Shown piece by piece: positions 38,354-47,938 of a stretch of DNA of 64,000 nucleotides (its first letter is position 1; the number at the start of each line of letters is the position of its first letter). The notes under the pieces are model-generated. The model was not told where the DNA came from. It ran no database searches and was given only the letters and a program-made list of their open reading frames with translations. Location: the NCBI GenBank assembly GCA_965230295.1, contig OZ246001.1, positions 3,360,001 through 3,424,000 of the forward strand, read 5' to 3'. The stretch is from Marinicella sp. (GTDB lineage: Bacteria; Pseudomonadota; Gammaproteobacteria; Xanthomonadales; Marinicellaceae). Position numbers and translations under genes: made by a program.

Positions 38354-39637
38354 ATGAAAAAAATGAATCGAAGAGCTTTTTTACAATCAACCGCTGCCTT
38401 AAGTGCATTTTCAGGTATTAATATTGCCCGTGCAGGTGGCTCATCTCCCAGTAACCAGCCCATCATCATTGATTTATTCATGCGTGGGGGTATGGATGGT
38501 TTGAATGTCATCCCGCCGGTTTCTGGCCCTAACAGAACATTTTATGAGCAGTTAAGACCCAATATACAAGTACCATTGAATGGCAGTAACAGCGTGATCA
38601 ACGTGGGTGAAGCCATGGGTTTTCATCCTGCAGCAACAGGCTTAAGGGATATGTATGTGGCGGGTGACATGGCCATCATTCATGGCACTGGTTTGCCTCA
38701 AGAAAATGTCACCAGAAGTCATTTTGATGCCATGAAATTGCGTGAATTGGGTACCCCGGCCAGTATCTCAACAACCAGTGGTTGGCTGACTCGACATCTT
38801 GAGTCTACACCGCATATAACCGGTTCTGAAATCATTCCGGTACTGGTTTCAAATGATTCAAATCCGATCAGTCTTCAGGCTTACTTTAATGCATTGACTG
38901 TTGATCAGGTGGGTGGCTATCACCCGAATTCCGGAGATTATGGTGATACACACGCTCAAGCCATTGGCAAAATGTATCAAGGGAACAGTGCATTGGATTT
39001 ATCTGTCAGTGGCGCCATGGACACCTTGTCAATCATATCGGCTTTGGATTTGAATAATTACGTGCCAGCCGGTGGAGCCAATTACCCCAATTCATCCTTT
39101 GGTGATCAGCTGATGTTAATCGCCCAATTGATTAAAGAGGACCTCAACATCAATGTGGCCACAGCAGACCTGGGTGGTTGGGATACCCACAATGGCCAAG
39201 GTGATGGCGGCGGTGGTAGTTTCTACGGAAGGGTTGAAAACATGTCAAATGCAGTCAGAGCGCTTTGGCAAGATTTGAATGCATCTGGACTCGGTGACCA
39301 AGTGACCATTGTTGTTCACAGTGAATTTGGCAGACGAGCCAGACAAAATGGCCAGGGTGGCAGCGGCACTGATCATGGATCTGGAAATGTGATGTTTGTG
39401 ATTGGTGGCAAAATCAACGGTGGCCAATCATATGGACAATTTGTTGGGCTTTCAAATGAGCAATTATTTGGTGGTGAAGACATCGCTCCTGTTGTTGACT
39501 TTAGGCGTGTCTATGCCACGATATTGCAACAAATACTGGGTAATTCCGACATCAATTATGTGTTCCCAGGTTACGACAACCATGTCAATATGGGTTTTGC
39601 TCCCAGTGATTTGATATTCTCATCTAATTTTGATTGA
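38354..39637 (+). CDS. DUF1501 family protein with Tat signal
   Basis: NRRAFL; RGGMDGLN, RSHFD, GGWDTH, SEFGRR, GTDHG; ends DLIFSSNFD. Confidence 0.9.
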   Translation: MKKMNRRAFLQSTAALSAFSGINIARAGGSSPSNQPIIIDLFMRGGMDGLNVIPPVSGPNRTFYEQLRPNIQVPLNGSNSVINVGEAMGFHPAATGLRDMYVAGDMAIIHGTGLPQENVTRSHFDAMKLRELGTPASISTTSGWLTRHLESTPHITGSEIIPVLVSNDSNPISLQAYFNALTVDQVGGYHPNSGDYGDTHAQAIGKMYQGNSALDLSVSGAMDTLSIISALDLNNYVPAGGANYPNSSFGDQLMLIAQLIKEDLNINVATADLGGWDTHNGQGDGGGGSFYGRVENMSNAVRALWQDLNASGLGDQVTIVVHSEFGRRARQNGQGGSGTDHGSGNVMFVIGGKINGGQSYGQFVGLSNEQLFGGEDIAPVVDFRRVYATILQQILGNSDINYVFPGYDNHVNMGFAPSDLIFSSNFD

Positions 39638-39655
39638 ATGATGAGTAGAAGGCAT

Positions 39656-39688
39656 AAAAAAAGGCGATATGGAAATATCGCCTTTTTT
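39656..39688. terminator. bidirectional intrinsic terminator
   Basis: A-run, AGGCGATAT-GGAA-ATATCGCCT, T-run, between convergent DUF1501 and kbl. Confidence 0.88.
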
Positions 39689-39701
39689 GGTTTTAAGTCA
39701 T

Positions 39702-40868
39702 TCAGAAAAATTCATCGTAGACTTGTTTGAATGCTTGTAAGGCCAAATCCAGATCATTTTTTGAATGGGCAGCTGATATTTGTAACCTGATGCGGGCTTT
39801 GCCTTTAGGTACCACAGGAAAACTGAAGCCTATGCAATAAATACCTAGTTCCAACAATCTGTCGGCCATTTCTTTGGCCAATTTGGCGTCACCCAACATG
39901 ATGGGGGTGATTGGGTGCGTTTCACCTGATACGGTATAACCCAATTCGACGATTTTCTTACGAAAATAGGCCGTGTTTTCAGCCAATTGATCACGCAGTG
40001 CGGTTGAATCGGAAATCAATTCGAAAACCTTGATGCTGGCAGCCACCAGCGGTGGTGGTAATGTGTTAGAAAACAGATAAGGTCGCGATCGTTGCCTGAG
40101 TAACTCAATGATTTCTTTTTTGCCAGTGGTGAAGCCGCCTGATCCGCCACCTAATGCTTTGCCTAGTGTTGATGTGAAGACATCAATCTTATCCATCACA
40201 CCAGCCAGTTCAGCGGATCCACGACCAGTGGGTCCGATGAACCCGGTGGCATGAGAATCATCAACCACCACCATGGCATCATATTTTTCAGCCAGATCAG
40301 TGATGGTTCTTAAGTCAGCTATGGTGCCATCCATACTGAATACACCATCGGTGACAATCAATCTTTGTTTGCAATCTTGCGTATCAATCAGAATCTGCTC
40401 CAAAGCTGTCATATCACTGTTTTTGTAACGATGACGTTGTGCTTTACACAAACGAACACCATCAATGATTGATGCATGATTCAACTCGTCGCTGATAACG
40501 GCGTCGTCTTGATCTAAAATGGTTTCGAATAGACCACCATTGGCATCAAAACAGGAAGTGTAAAGGATGGTGTCTTCGGTGCCAAAAAAATCACTGATTT
40601 TTTGCTCCAATTCTTTGTGTAAATCTTGTGTGCCACATATGAATCGCACCGATGCCATACCAAACCCATGGGTGTCCAAGGCTTTTTTGGCTGCTTTAAT
40701 GATCGCAGGGTGGTCGGCCAATGCCAAGTAGTTGTTGGCACAAAAATTGATGACATTTTGCCCGCCTGGTAACTCAATGTGTGATGATTGAGGGCTGGTG
40801 ATGATGCGCTCTGATTTATACAGGCCGTCATCTTTGATGGTTTGAATGATCTCAGAATAATTTTTCAT
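39702..40868 (-). CDS. kbl: glycine C-acetyltransferase (2-amino-3-ketobutyrate CoA ligase)
   Basis: [45 protein letters not shown]. Confidence 0.97.
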   Translation of the reverse strand: MKNYSEIIQTIKDDGLYKSERIITSPQSSHIELPGGQNVINFCANNYLALADHPAIIKAAKKALDTHGFGMASVRFICGTQDLHKELEQKISDFFGTEDTILYTSCFDANGGLFETILDQDDAVISDELNHASIIDGVRLCKAQRHRYKNSDMTALEQILIDTQDCKQRLIVTDGVFSMDGTIADLRTITDLAEKYDAMVVVDDSHATGFIGPTGRGSAELAGVMDKIDVFTSTLGKALGGGSGGFTTGKKEIIELLRQRSRPYLFSNTLPPPLVAASIKVFELISDSTALRDQLAENTAYFRKKIVELGYTVSGETHPITPIMLGDAKLAKEMADRLLELGIYCIGFSFPVVPKGKARIRLQISAAHSKNDLDLALQAFKQVYDEFF

Positions 40869-40876
40869 GTTTGGTC

Positions 40877-41899
40877 TCAATCCCAGCTACAAACAACTTT
40901 ACCGCATTGGCCTGATGACATCAGGTCAAAACCGGTCTGAAAGTCGTCGATGTGAATTTCATGGGTAAGGGCTTTTTCAAGTGGAAAGCCAGATAACAGC
41001 AATTGGGTCATTTTGTACCACGTTTCATACATTTTCCTTCCAGTGATGCCTTTGACTGACAAGCCTTTGAAAATGATGTTGTCCCAATTGATTTGTGTGC
41101 TGTCAGGCAGCATGCCGAGTAGGGTAATCTTGCCGCCGTTGTACATGCTGTCGAGCATGTCGTTGAAAGCCAATGGGTTGCCAGACATTTCCATGCCCAA
41201 ATCAAAGCCAGTGATGTCCATTTCGGCCATTACATCTGAGAGTTTTTCTTTGGCCACATTGACACAGCGGGTTGCCCCCATAGACTTGGCCAATTCTAGG
41301 CGATAATCATTGACATCAGTAATCACAACATTCCTGGCACCCACATGTTTACAAATACCTGTGGCTATGATGCCTATCGGTCCGGCACCGGTTATTAAAA
41401 CGTCTTCACCCACCATGTCATATTCAAGTGCACAATGTGCGGCGTTACCAAATGGATCGAAAAAGGCTGCTAATTTTGACGGGATGCTGTCTGACACCGG
41501 CCAAAGATTTTGAACTGGCATGGTGATGTATTCAGCAAAGGCGCCATTTCTGTTGACCCCAATGCCTTGGGTGTTGGGGCACAAATGTGGTGTACCAGCA
41601 CGACAGTTTCGGCACACGCCACATACAATGTGACCTTCTGCACTGACTCGCTGGCCTATATCATAGCCATTGACTTCACTGCCCATCTCAACGATATGAC
41701 CAACAAACTCATGACCAATCACCAAGGGTGGTTTGATGACTTTGGCAGACCATTCATCCCATTTATAAATATGTAAATCAGTGCCACAAATGGCGGTTTT
41801 TTCAACTTTGATTAAGACGTCATTATGTCCCATATAAGGCATGTCTACATCTTCCATCCAAATACCTGTTTCAGGATGTTTTTTTACCAGTGCTTTCAT
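40877..41899 (-). CDS. tdh: L-threonine 3-dehydrogenase
   Basis: [21 protein letters not shown]...[15 protein letters not shown]. Confidence 0.97.
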   Translation of the reverse strand: MKALVKKHPETGIWMEDVDMPYMGHNDVLIKVEKTAICGTDLHIYKWDEWSAKVIKPPLVIGHEFVGHIVEMGSEVNGYDIGQRVSAEGHIVCGVCRNCRAGTPHLCPNTQGIGVNRNGAFAEYITMPVQNLWPVSDSIPSKLAAFFDPFGNAAHCALEYDMVGEDVLITGAGPIGIIATGICKHVGARNVVITDVNDYRLELAKSMGATRCVNVAKEKLSDVMAEMDITGFDLGMEMSGNPLAFNDMLDSMYNGGKITLLGMLPDSTQINWDNIIFKGLSVKGITGRKMYETWYKMTQLLLSGFPLEKALTHEIHIDDFQTGFDLMSSGQCGKVVCSWD

Positions 41900-42015
41900 T
41901 TTTTATTTGATTTGCATTTTGAGCCGCCTGCATCAAAACAGACGGCTTATGTTGAAGAGGTTTGTATTATAAACTGATTTGGTTGGTTGTACGATATGTG
42001 TCAGTTAATGTGCAC

Positions 42016-43671
42016 TTATTCTCTGAGGTCTTTCCGCAGAATTTTACCCACATTGGTTTTGGGTAAATCGTCTCTGAACTCAACCAATTTGGGTACTTTG
42101 TAGCCAGTTAAATGGGCTCTGCAATGCTCAATCACATCCTGTTCAGTCATTTCGTCTGAGCTCTTGACCACAAAAAGTTTAACGATTTCACCTGATTTAT
42201 CATCTTGAATACCAATCGCCGCACATTCAATGATGTGATCATTCAAGCAAGCAGCATCTTCTATTTCATTGGGATAGACATTGAAACCGGAAACCAAGAT
42301 CATGTCTTTTTTGCGATCAACAATCTTGAAGTAACCTTTTTCATCCATGACGGCCACATCGCCGGTTTTAAGCCAGCCATCTACAATGGTTTTTTCAGTT
42401 TCTTCGGGCCTGTTCAAGTAACCCAACATCACTTGTGGGCCCCTGATACACAATTCGCCGGCTTCTCCGATGGGCAATGGATTGCCATCATCATCTTGGA
42501 TTTGGCAATCTGTCGATGGAATCGGTAAGCCAATGGTGCCATTGTATGCTTCCATGGGTACCTTATTTACACAGGCTGCGGGAGATGTTTCAGTCAATCC
42601 ATAGGCTTCAGCCAATGTCACCCCAGTCACTTGTTTCCAACGTGTGGCGGTGTCTTTCTGAACGGCCATGCCGCCACCCAAAGTGAATTTAAATGATGAA
42701 AAATCAATGTCGGCAAAACCAGGGGTGTTAAGCAGGCCATTGAATAATGTGTTGACCCCTGTCAAAACAGTGAATTTATGCTGAGAAAGTTCTTTAACAA
42801 ACCCCGGCATGTCTCTTGGGTTGGTGATCAAAATGTTCTTGGCACCATATTGACAAAAAGACAAACAATTGGCCGTCAATGCAAAGATGTGATACAGCGG
42901 CAATGCGGTGATCACAATTTCTTCGCCATAGGCTATTTCACTGGATATCCACAATGTGGTTTGTGTGACATTGGCCACCATGTTTTTGTTGGTCAGCATG
43001 GCACCTTTAGAAACGCCAGTTGTACCACCGGTGTATTGCAGGAATGCGATGTCATCCAACTGACGACTCACAGGGGTGTATGTCATTGAATTACCGGCTT
43101 TCAGTGCTGCTTTGAAGCTGATAGAACCTGGTAATTCAAAGGGCGGTACCATTTTTTTAACCCGTTTGATCATGAAGTCCATGATGGCGCCTTTCAAGCC
43201 ACCAATCATTTCACCAATGGTGGCGGTAATGACCTTTTCTACGCCGGTTTCAGACACCACTTCTGCCAGAGTACAAGCTGTGTTTTCGATCACAATGATG
43301 GCTTTGGCGCCTGAATCATTGAGTTGGTGCTTCAATTCACGTGGGGTATACAACGGGTTGACGTTGGTAACAACCATACCAGCACGTAAGATGGCCAATA
43401 CTGCAATTGGGTATTGCAATACATTGGGCATCATGATGGCAATGGCATCACCTGTTTTGAATTGACTTTGTAGGTATGCAGCCAATTGTTGGCTGTATTG
43501 GTCCAATTCACTGTAAGTAATGGCTTTACCAAAATTTACATAGGCATCACTGTCAGTGTATTTCTCACAGGCATCTATCATCATGTCTGCGACTGAATTG
43601 AATGGTAACTCACCGACTTCTGCAGGCACGCCTGGTTGGTATTCTTTGAGCCAAGGTCTTTCTATTGTCAT
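42016..43671 (-). CDS. fadD: long-chain fatty acid-CoA ligase
   Basis: LQYTGGTTGVSKG, YGLTETSP, TGD, VDRKKDMILVSGFNVYPNEIE, PKTNVGKILR. Confidence 0.94.
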   Translation of the reverse strand: MTIERPWLKEYQPGVPAEVGELPFNSVADMMIDACEKYTDSDAYVNFGKAITYSELDQYSQQLAAYLQSQFKTGDAIAIMMPNVLQYPIAVLAILRAGMVVTNVNPLYTPRELKHQLNDSGAKAIIVIENTACTLAEVVSETGVEKVITATIGEMIGGLKGAIMDFMIKRVKKMVPPFELPGSISFKAALKAGNSMTYTPVSRQLDDIAFLQYTGGTTGVSKGAMLTNKNMVANVTQTTLWISSEIAYGEEIVITALPLYHIFALTANCLSFCQYGAKNILITNPRDMPGFVKELSQHKFTVLTGVNTLFNGLLNTPGFADIDFSSFKFTLGGGMAVQKDTATRWKQVTGVTLAEAYGLTETSPAACVNKVPMEAYNGTIGLPIPSTDCQIQDDDGNPLPIGEAGELCIRGPQVMLGYLNRPEETEKTIVDGWLKTGDVAVMDEKGYFKIVDRKKDMILVSGFNVYPNEIEDAACLNDHIIECAAIGIQDDKSGEIVKLFVVKSSDEMTEQDVIEHCRAHLTGYKVPKLVEFRDDLPKTNVGKILRKDLRE

Positions 43672-43895
43672 AGCACCCCTTATTAATTATCAGATATTAA
43701 TGGTCAAGAGACATGTGTAATGGTTTCATTGGTGCACCATTTGACTTCAGTCCCCACTGAAATAAACATAAAAAATAGTTTAAATATCATCAACCTTGAG
43801 GATCTAATCAAGGTGTAATAATTGCTTATCATGATAAATGTTTTTATGACTTTTATCTACCAATTTGATAGACTTTAAACCCACCTTTAACAAAA

Positions 43896-45746
43896 ATGCA
43901 TATGGAATCTGAACTTTTGGTAAATACATTACAACCACATGCCTTGGGTGTTTTGATATTGACTTTGGTGGCTTTGATTCTGTTCGCCAATGACAGAATT
44001 CCACTGCAAACTTCCAGTTTGTTTGTGTTGTGTGCTTTGATTCTGGGGTTTCATGTCTACCCATACCAGCTCAGTGACGGCACCGTATTTCCGATCAAAA
44101 CATTCTTTTTAGGCTTTGGTAATGAAGCATTGATTGCTGTTTGTGCTTTGATGGTAGCTGGTCAAGCTTTGGTGCGTACTGGCGCCATGGAACCCATTGG
44201 TCGTTATTTAGCCAAAATTTGGAAGGTCAGCCCATCCTTGTCTTTGCTGTTAACACTGATCACAGGTGCTGTTCTCAGTGCCTTTGTTAACAACACGCCG
44301 ATTGTGGTGCTGTTGTTACCGGTATTGATCAGTGTGTCATTGCGAACTGGTCAATCATCAGCCGGAACCTTAATGCCGATGGGACTGGCAACGTTGTTGG
44401 GTGGTATGGCAACCACCATCGGTACATCCACAAATTTACTGGTGGTCAAGGTGGCTGAAGGGCTGGGTGTACCAGAGTTCAGTATGTTTGATTTCACTTT
44501 CCCGGTGGCAATCACTGGTGTGGTGGCCATTCTGTATTTGTGGCTGGTTGTTCCCAAGATTATTCCTGACCGCACACCGCCTTTGAAAGACACTTCACCC
44601 AGGGTTTTTTCCGCAGAAATCAAAGTCAACGATGGGGCTTTTGCAGATGGTAAGAACTTAGCAGAAATCAGGGATAAAGTGGATGGCAAGATATCGATCC
44701 AGCGCATTGTAAGGGGAGAGTCACTGTCGATTGCAACTTTACCTGATGTGGTGATAAAAGCCGGTGATCGTCTGATGGTTTCTGACACTGCCGATAACTT
44801 GCGTGAATATGAAATAGAATTGGGTGGTTCATTGTATACAGGTGAACACCAGGTGGATGAATCGCACCCATTGTCAGCTGGTGATCAATCGATTGCAGAG
44901 TTGGTGATTACTTCTGGCTCACTGTTAGATCGTGTCAGGGTTGGTGACTCAAGATTAAACAGTAAATATGGCTTGACCCTGTTGGCTGTGCATTCACAAG
45001 GAAAGGAAACCACTGCCACCACCAAAGGCATGGATGACTTGATTTTTAGGCCTGGGGATGTGTTGTTGGTTCAGGGTACGCACAATGCCATTCAAGAAGT
45101 TAAGCGAACAGGTTCATTGTTGGTTTTAGATGGTGGTGAAGAATTGCCACATACCAAAAAAGCACCTTTGGCACTGGCTGTTATGGCGGGAGTGGTTGGG
45201 TTGGCTGCATTTAATGTGGTGCCCATTTCTATCAGTGCGGTGATTGGCTGTTTTGTGTTGATTGCTACTGGATGCTTGCGTTGGCGTGATGCCACCCATG
45301 CATTAAGTGCACAAGTGATATTTATTATTGTTGCTTCATTGGCATTAGGGGCTGCTTTGATGGCCACCGGTGGCGCAGATTACTTGGCCAATTTGTTCGT
45401 GGTTTCTACATCTGGGTTCGCCCCTGGTGTGGTACTGGGTATTTTGATGTTCTCCATGGCCATCATGACCAACGTGATTTCAAACAACGCGGCTGCTGTG
45501 ATTGGTACACCCATTGCAGTCAGTATTGCTCAACGATTGGGCATGCCGGTTGAACCGTTTGTGTTGGCTGTGTTGTTCGGAGCAAACTTAAGTTATGCCA
45601 CACCGATGGCGTACCAAACAAATTTACTGGTTATGAATGCCGGAGGCTATAAGTTTGTGGATTTCGTTAAAGTGGGTGTTCCTTTGACCATCATAACCTG
45701 GGCCATGTTAACGGGTATGCTGACGTGGATTTACCAATTATATTAG
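43896..45746 (+). CDS. SLC13/CitMHS-type permease with two TrkA-C (RCK_C) domains
   Basis: SAFVNNTP, GGMATTIGTSTNL, SNNAAA, TPMAYQTNL; central soluble region. Confidence 0.88.
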   Translation: MHMESELLVNTLQPHALGVLILTLVALILFANDRIPLQTSSLFVLCALILGFHVYPYQLSDGTVFPIKTFFLGFGNEALIAVCALMVAGQALVRTGAMEPIGRYLAKIWKVSPSLSLLLTLITGAVLSAFVNNTPIVVLLLPVLISVSLRTGQSSAGTLMPMGLATLLGGMATTIGTSTNLLVVKVAEGLGVPEFSMFDFTFPVAITGVVAILYLWLVVPKIIPDRTPPLKDTSPRVFSAEIKVNDGAFADGKNLAEIRDKVDGKISIQRIVRGESLSIATLPDVVIKAGDRLMVSDTADNLREYEIELGGSLYTGEHQVDESHPLSAGDQSIAELVITSGSLLDRVRVGDSRLNSKYGLTLLAVHSQGKETTATTKGMDDLIFRPGDVLLVQGTHNAIQEVKRTGSLLVLDGGEELPHTKKAPLALAVMAGVVGLAAFNVVPISISAVIGCFVLIATGCLRWRDATHALSAQVIFIIVASLALGAALMATGGADYLANLFVVSTSGFAPGVVLGILMFSMAIMTNVISNNAAAVIGTPIAVSIAQRLGMPVEPFVLAVLFGANLSYATPMAYQTNLLVMNAGGYKFVDFVKVGVPLTIITWAMLTGMLTWIYQLY

Positions 45747-45793
45747 AATAGTAAAACGTACAATTATCTATATCAACAACAAAGAGGAAGACT

Positions 45794-47713
45794 ATGGGTG
45801 AACAAAACATATCAAGGGGTGGAGACAATGAAGCCAAGAGGTTGTTTACTCGTGCTGTATTGAATGACCTGCGGGCCCTTGAGTTAATGATTGAAAAAGG
45901 CTTGATTGAGTCAGGTGCTCGTCGAATTGGTGCGGAACAAGAAATGTTTATCACCAACAATGATTACAGCCCCAATTTAACTGCACTGAATATCCTTGAT
46001 GACATCAAAGATGATCGATTCACCAATGAAATAGCCCTGTTCAATATTGAAGCCAATTTAACACCCAGGCGCTTCCAGGCCAAATGCCTCAGTGAAATGG
46101 AAGAAGAAATCAAAGAGGTGGTTTCTATCGCTAAAAGACATGCCAAGGACCATGACTCTCGAATCATTTTAGCCGGTATCTTGCCGACGTTAAGACAACT
46201 TGACCTCACTATGGACAGCATCACGCCGGTAGACCGATACTATGAATTGAATGATCGATTGAAAGAAATTCGGGGTTCTGATTTCAGGATGGATATTCGT
46301 GGCGTTGATGAGTTGTCAGTGACCCATGATAATTTTTTGTTGGAAGCCATGAACACCAGTTTTCAGGTTCATTTTCAGGTCAGCGGCAATGAATTTGTTG
46401 ATATGTATAATTTATCTCAAGCGGTGACAGGACCTTTGATGGCAGTGGCAGTGAACTCCGGCTTGATTCATCACTATCGATTGTGGCATGAATCACGCAT
46501 TGCTGTTTTTCAAAACTCCATAGACACGCGCTCAACAACTCACCAGAAAAGGGGTACGCAACCGCGGGTTCATTTTGGTAATGAATGGATTGAAAGTATT
46601 GTGGATGTTTTCAGGGATGATATTTCAAGATTTTCCGTGGTACTGACTTCTGAGTTTGAAGAAGACCCTGTGGGTATGGTGAATGCTGGAATCATGCCCA
46701 AATTGAAAGCATTGATGTTGCATAATGGGACCGTATACCGATGGAACCGACCTTGTTATGGGGTTAAGGACAACATCCCACATTTACGTATTGAAAACAG
46801 GGTTTTGCCTTCAGGTCCTTCAATGATTGATGAAGTGGCCAATTCAGCGTTTTATTTTGGGTTAATGTCTGGCATGAGTCAAAAAATTCCAGACATCACC
46901 AAAGCACTGCGGTTTTCTAATGCCCGCAATAACTTTTTACAAGCGTGCCGCACAGGACTCGAATGCCATTTTAACTGGATCGATGGAGAAAGCATCTCTG
47001 CCACCAGGCTGATCAAAGAAGAGTTGTTACCCATAGCAGAATCTGGTTTGAAGTCAGCAGGTATTGATGCCGGTGACATTGAACGGTATTTAGGCACCAT
47101 TGAAAAACGGGTTGATAGCAAGCAAACTGGTGCCAGGTGGGCCATCAAGTCCATCACTGAAATGGACGAAGAGATCCACCCGGATGAAAAAGTCAGGTCG
47201 GTGGTTGCTGAAATGCACCACCAGCAAAAAACAGACAACCCGATCCATGAGTGGCCTTTGGCATCGGCTGAAAGGCGTACTGACTGGCGAGCCGGATTCA
47301 TGTTAGTGGGGCAATTCATGACCACCAAGTTGTTAACAGTTAGACCTGATGATTCTATGGATCTTGCGGCCAGCATCATGGATTGGAAACGGGTCAGACA
47401 TGTGCCCGTTGAAAACGACGAAGGTGAATTGGTTGGCCTGGTTTCACACCGGTCTATCATCAAGAAAATTGTCGACGGAGATGATCATGAAGCCACAGCC
47501 ATCAGTGAAATCATGAATGATCAACTCATTTTTGCACACCCAAAAACAACTACAGTTGAAGCCATACAAATCATGCGTGAGCAGCGGGTCAGTTGTTTGC
47601 CAGTGGTTGAAAATGGTAAATTGGTTGGAGTCATCACTGAATATGATTTGATCAAAGTTGCCAGCCATGTGTTGGAAGCTGACTTAAAAGCCTATAAGGA
47701 CAAATTAGAATAA
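45794..47713 (+). CDS. glutamate-cysteine ligase-like (GCS2) carboxylate-amine ligase with C-terminal CBS pair
   Basis: IGAEQE, NIEAN, TSFQVH, HNGTVYRWNR, LRIENRVLPSGP; CBS: FMT..RHVPV..LVGLVS and IM..CLPVV..LVGVIT. Confidence 0.85.
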   Translation: MGEQNISRGGDNEAKRLFTRAVLNDLRALELMIEKGLIESGARRIGAEQEMFITNNDYSPNLTALNILDDIKDDRFTNEIALFNIEANLTPRRFQAKCLSEMEEEIKEVVSIAKRHAKDHDSRIILAGILPTLRQLDLTMDSITPVDRYYELNDRLKEIRGSDFRMDIRGVDELSVTHDNFLLEAMNTSFQVHFQVSGNEFVDMYNLSQAVTGPLMAVAVNSGLIHHYRLWHESRIAVFQNSIDTRSTTHQKRGTQPRVHFGNEWIESIVDVFRDDISRFSVVLTSEFEEDPVGMVNAGIMPKLKALMLHNGTVYRWNRPCYGVKDNIPHLRIENRVLPSGPSMIDEVANSAFYFGLMSGMSQKIPDITKALRFSNARNNFLQACRTGLECHFNWIDGESISATRLIKEELLPIAESGLKSAGIDAGDIERYLGTIEKRVDSKQTGARWAIKSITEMDEEIHPDEKVRSVVAEMHHQQKTDNPIHEWPLASAERRTDWRAGFMLVGQFMTTKLLTVRPDDSMDLAASIMDWKRVRHVPVENDEGELVGLVSHRSIIKKIVDGDDHEATAISEIMNDQLIFAHPKTTTVEAIQIMREQRVSCLPVVENGKLVGVITEYDLIKVASHVLEADLKAYKDKLE

Positions 47714-47938
47714 CAAGATAAGTCACAGGCCTGGCTTTACAACCCTTGATTTGCTCCAGTTAACTGAACCACATGTGAATGAATGGTATTAATTACCCCG
47801 TTTTTTGAATAGCTGGTGATAAGCTGTTTATAAGAATGGTCGAAAATCTTTGGTAATTGATTTAGAATATTGCCTACAAACTCGTACAAAATGAAACATT
47901 AAAACCCACCCCTATCAGTAAAACCTTCGAAATCACCT

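Noticed and set aside
43826-43837. Palindrome TTATCATGATAA between fadD and the SLC13 gene
   Set aside because: AT-rich 12-mer could arise by chance; no second copy or assignable regulator
46879-47463. 194-aa antisense ORF (and similar shadow ORFs such as 7722-8183 and 59440-59986)
   Set aside because: Opposite strand of well-supported genes; no motifs
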